The notes under the pieces were generated by a model. That model was not told the DNA's origin, made no database searches, and saw only the letters and a program-made list of their open reading frames with translations. Below are positions 61,458 to 64,000 of a DNA stretch of 64,000 bases, piece after piece. Each line of letters starts with the position of its first letter. The stretch's first letter is position 1. The DNA is taken from the NCBI RefSeq assembly GCF_963921235.1, contig NW_026948142.1, positions 62,001 through 126,000 on the forward strand, given 5' to 3'. The translations under genes were made by a program, and so were the position numbers. Source of the DNA: Mobula hypostoma (Eukaryota).

Positions 61458-64000
61458 TTGAATATAGGAGTTGGAATGTAATGTTAAAATTGTACAAGGC
61501 ATTGGTAAGGCCAAATTTGGAGTATTGTGTACAGTTCTGGTCACCAAATTATAGGAAAGATGTCAACAAAATAGAGAGAGTATAGAGAGGATTTACTAGA
61601 ATGTTACCTGGGTTTCATCACCTAAGTTACAGAGAAAGGTTGAACAAGTTGGGTCTTCATTCTTTGGAGTATAGAAGGTTGGGGGGGACTTAATAGAGGT
61701 ATATAAAATTATGAGGGGGATAGATAGAGTTGACGTGAATAGGCTTTTTTCCATTGAGAGTAGGGGAGATTCAAACAAGAGGACATAAGTTGAGAGTTAG
61801 GGGGCAAAAGTTTAGGAGTAACACGAGGGGGAACTTCTTTACTCAGAGAGTGGTAGCTGCGTGGAATGAGCTTCCAGCAAAAGTGGTAGAGGCAGATTCG
61901 ATATTGTCATTTAAAGTAAAATTGGATAGGTATATGGACAAGAAAGGAATGGAGGGTTATGGGCTGAGTGCAGGTTGGCAGGACTAGGTGAGAGTAAGCG
62001 TTCGGTATGGACTAGAAGGGCCGAGATAGCCTGTTTCCGTGCTGTAATTGTTATATGGTTATACGGTTATAATTTGGTTGAAGTTTTGTAGATTATTTGA
62101 GTTTAATAATTTAATTCTTTCTAGTAATATCTATCTTAATTATTTTTAAACCATCAATTTTGGATAAGGCCTTTTAAATTTGGAAAACCAAGGGAATAAT
62201 AACTTTTTCAGATTTGTTTTAGGGGACCGTTTAATGTCTTTTTCTCAGTTAGCGGATAAATATGATTTATCAAATGTATACTTTTTTAGATATTTACCAA
62301 TTAGGAATTTTTTACATGGTTTGTTGCCAAATTACCCTTCTGCTTTTCCACCTAATATGATAGATGTTCTATTTCAGTTTAAACCATTTCAAAAAGGGTT
62401 GATAGCTATAATCTATAAACGGATATTGAGTTTACGAATTATTTCTAATGACAAAGTTAAAGGCGCTTGGGAATTGGAACTTCAAAAGTCATTTTCAGAT
62501 AATCAATGGAGTAAAATCTTTCATTTGATTAACAACTCATCTATTTGTGCCCATCATTCCTTGATACAGTTTAAGGTAGTGCACCAGGCCCATATGTCAA
62601 AGGATAAACTAGCACCTATTTTCTCCAATATTAATCCTATTTGTGACAGATGTAATACTGAGTTGCCCAGTTTAACTCATCTGTATTGGTCTTCTGTAAA
62701 GCTAGTTAACTTTGGGAGATGTTTTTAAAACGCTATCAAGAGTTTTGAATCTGGACCTACAACCTCACTTGCTTATGGCAATTTTTGAGATTATCCCTTC
62801 GGAAGCAGGAAATATTCCTGTTTCAACTCAACGTATGACAGCCTTTTCGACCTTACTGGCTGGGAGAGCCATTTTACTGAAGTGGAAGGATTCTAATCCA
62901 CCTACGGTCTTTAACTGGCTCTCCTCCATCATCTCCTGTTTATGTTTAGAGAAAATAAGAAGTTGGACATTTGATGCATCCTTTAAATTTGAACAAATAT
63001 GGTGACCTTTTTGCAATATTTTCATTTAATTTGATTTATTGTGCTTTCAAGTTCTTTTCTCGAGGTTTTAGATTTGATCAGAAAGTTTTTCTCTCCTCTT
63101 TTTTCGATTGTATCCTCAAAATGGACTGCCCAGTCCCTTCTGTTTTGTTTGTTCTGTTTTTTTTAATAGTGTAGTGGGGTTTTTTCTCTCTCTATTTAAA
63201 ACCCAATTTTTTTTTTCCTTTCTCCTTTTAATTGGTAAGAGGAGAATTGTTATGTGAGGGGTTTCTTATTTTTATGTCACAGCGCAGTCTAATTAAAATG
63301 GCTTCTTTGTTATGTTATAATTAATTGTCCCTAGACGACAGCGAGCCGAGCGACCCTGAGGCTGGCCAGGGGGGATACAGTTATTTTCTTTTTTTTATTA
63401 TATATTTTATACTAGTTTAACAACATCTATGATTTTGACAGTGTCTATTTTAATCTTGATTACTGATATATATATTTGAACTAATTCTCCTCTTGATTGT
63501 AGCTATGGTTTTTTAAATCAATAGAAAGATTAATAAAGAAAGAAAGGAAAGGCAGATGAGCTCAGGGCATGAATCAACACCCTGATTTATGATATTGTAG
63601 CCATCAGTGAGACTTAGTTACAGGAGGGGCAGGAATAACAGGTCAATATTTCCGGGTTCCATTGCTTTAGATGCAACAATGGGAGGGCTTAAGGAGGAGG
63701 GGTGAGTGGGTTCCTCGTCAGGGAAAAGATCACTGCAGTGCTCAGTCAGGACAGACTGGAGAGCTCATCTAGTGAGGCTTTATGGGTGGAACTGAGAAGT
63801 AAGGAAGGATATGACCATGTTAAAATGGCTATATTATAGACTGGAGACAGTTGAGTTCTGGGCTGGACATCTTGCTCACTTAATGAAGGCAAAGCATCTT
63901 TCATAGCCTCACCTTTCCAGATGTCGTGATGGCCACAGGACCATTGTTTGGCTTGCCGTGCAGGTGGTCACTTGCATATGGCGTCTCCGATGCTGCTGTG

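Larger units (their letters stand above)
54589..62070 (+). mobile_element. CR1 ORF2 inserted in the L1 and itself split by a CR1 and a PLE
   Basis: EN at 54589-54896 continues at 57687. ORFs 57713-58441, 58383-59066 and 61754-61987; (GGTTATA) tail at ~62050-62070. Confidence 0.88.
53934..63544 (+). mobile_element. L1-clade LINE 3' portion (53934-54588 and 62071-63544)
   Basis: SGYKLN.HKSE, YLGI, GRINAIKM, GG.ALPNF..Y and a CDRC....LTH CCHC-type finger. AT-rich 3'UTR ending AATAAA(GAAA)n; 11-bp TSD. Confidence 0.88.
53700..63845 (+). mobile_element. Outer CR1 (ORF1 end/EN start), present as 53700-53933 and 63545-63845 and split by an L1 nest
   Basis: YFNAR..VGKA|DELRA...YDIVAISET rejoins across the TSD AGGAAAGGCAG (53923-53933 and 63545-63555). 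Confidence 0.8.

Overview
This is 64 kb of vertebrate genomic DNA, most likely from a cartilaginous fish (ray or shark). That assignment is inferred from the repeat repertoire: CR1/HER1-type LINEs with (TTCTATG)n/(TCTTATGG)n tails and a V-domain HE1-type SINE. I found no host gene that I can support. Most of the window is a stack of nested, mostly decayed retroelements: many CR1 LINEs, Rex1/Babar LINEs, an RTE, an L1, four TG...CA solo LTRs with 4-bp TSDs, two tRNA-derived SINEs and several non-autonomous derivatives. Many junctions can be resolved to the base through target-site duplications (TSDs). The most interesting signal is a Penelope-like (RT + GIY-YIG) family. Its two ~1.9-kb copies are independent insertions, yet they share the same 5' truncation point and the same RT/endonuclease frameshift. 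Each carries an intact minimal type-I hammerhead ribozyme motif (CUGACGA-stem II-GAAACGUC). The terminal ~130-150 bp containing this motif also moves on its own as a short retrozyme/SINE-like unit, present as roughly 8-9 additional complete or partial copies including an inverted doublet. Family names come from motif recognition only, and boundaries without a stated TSD are approximate.
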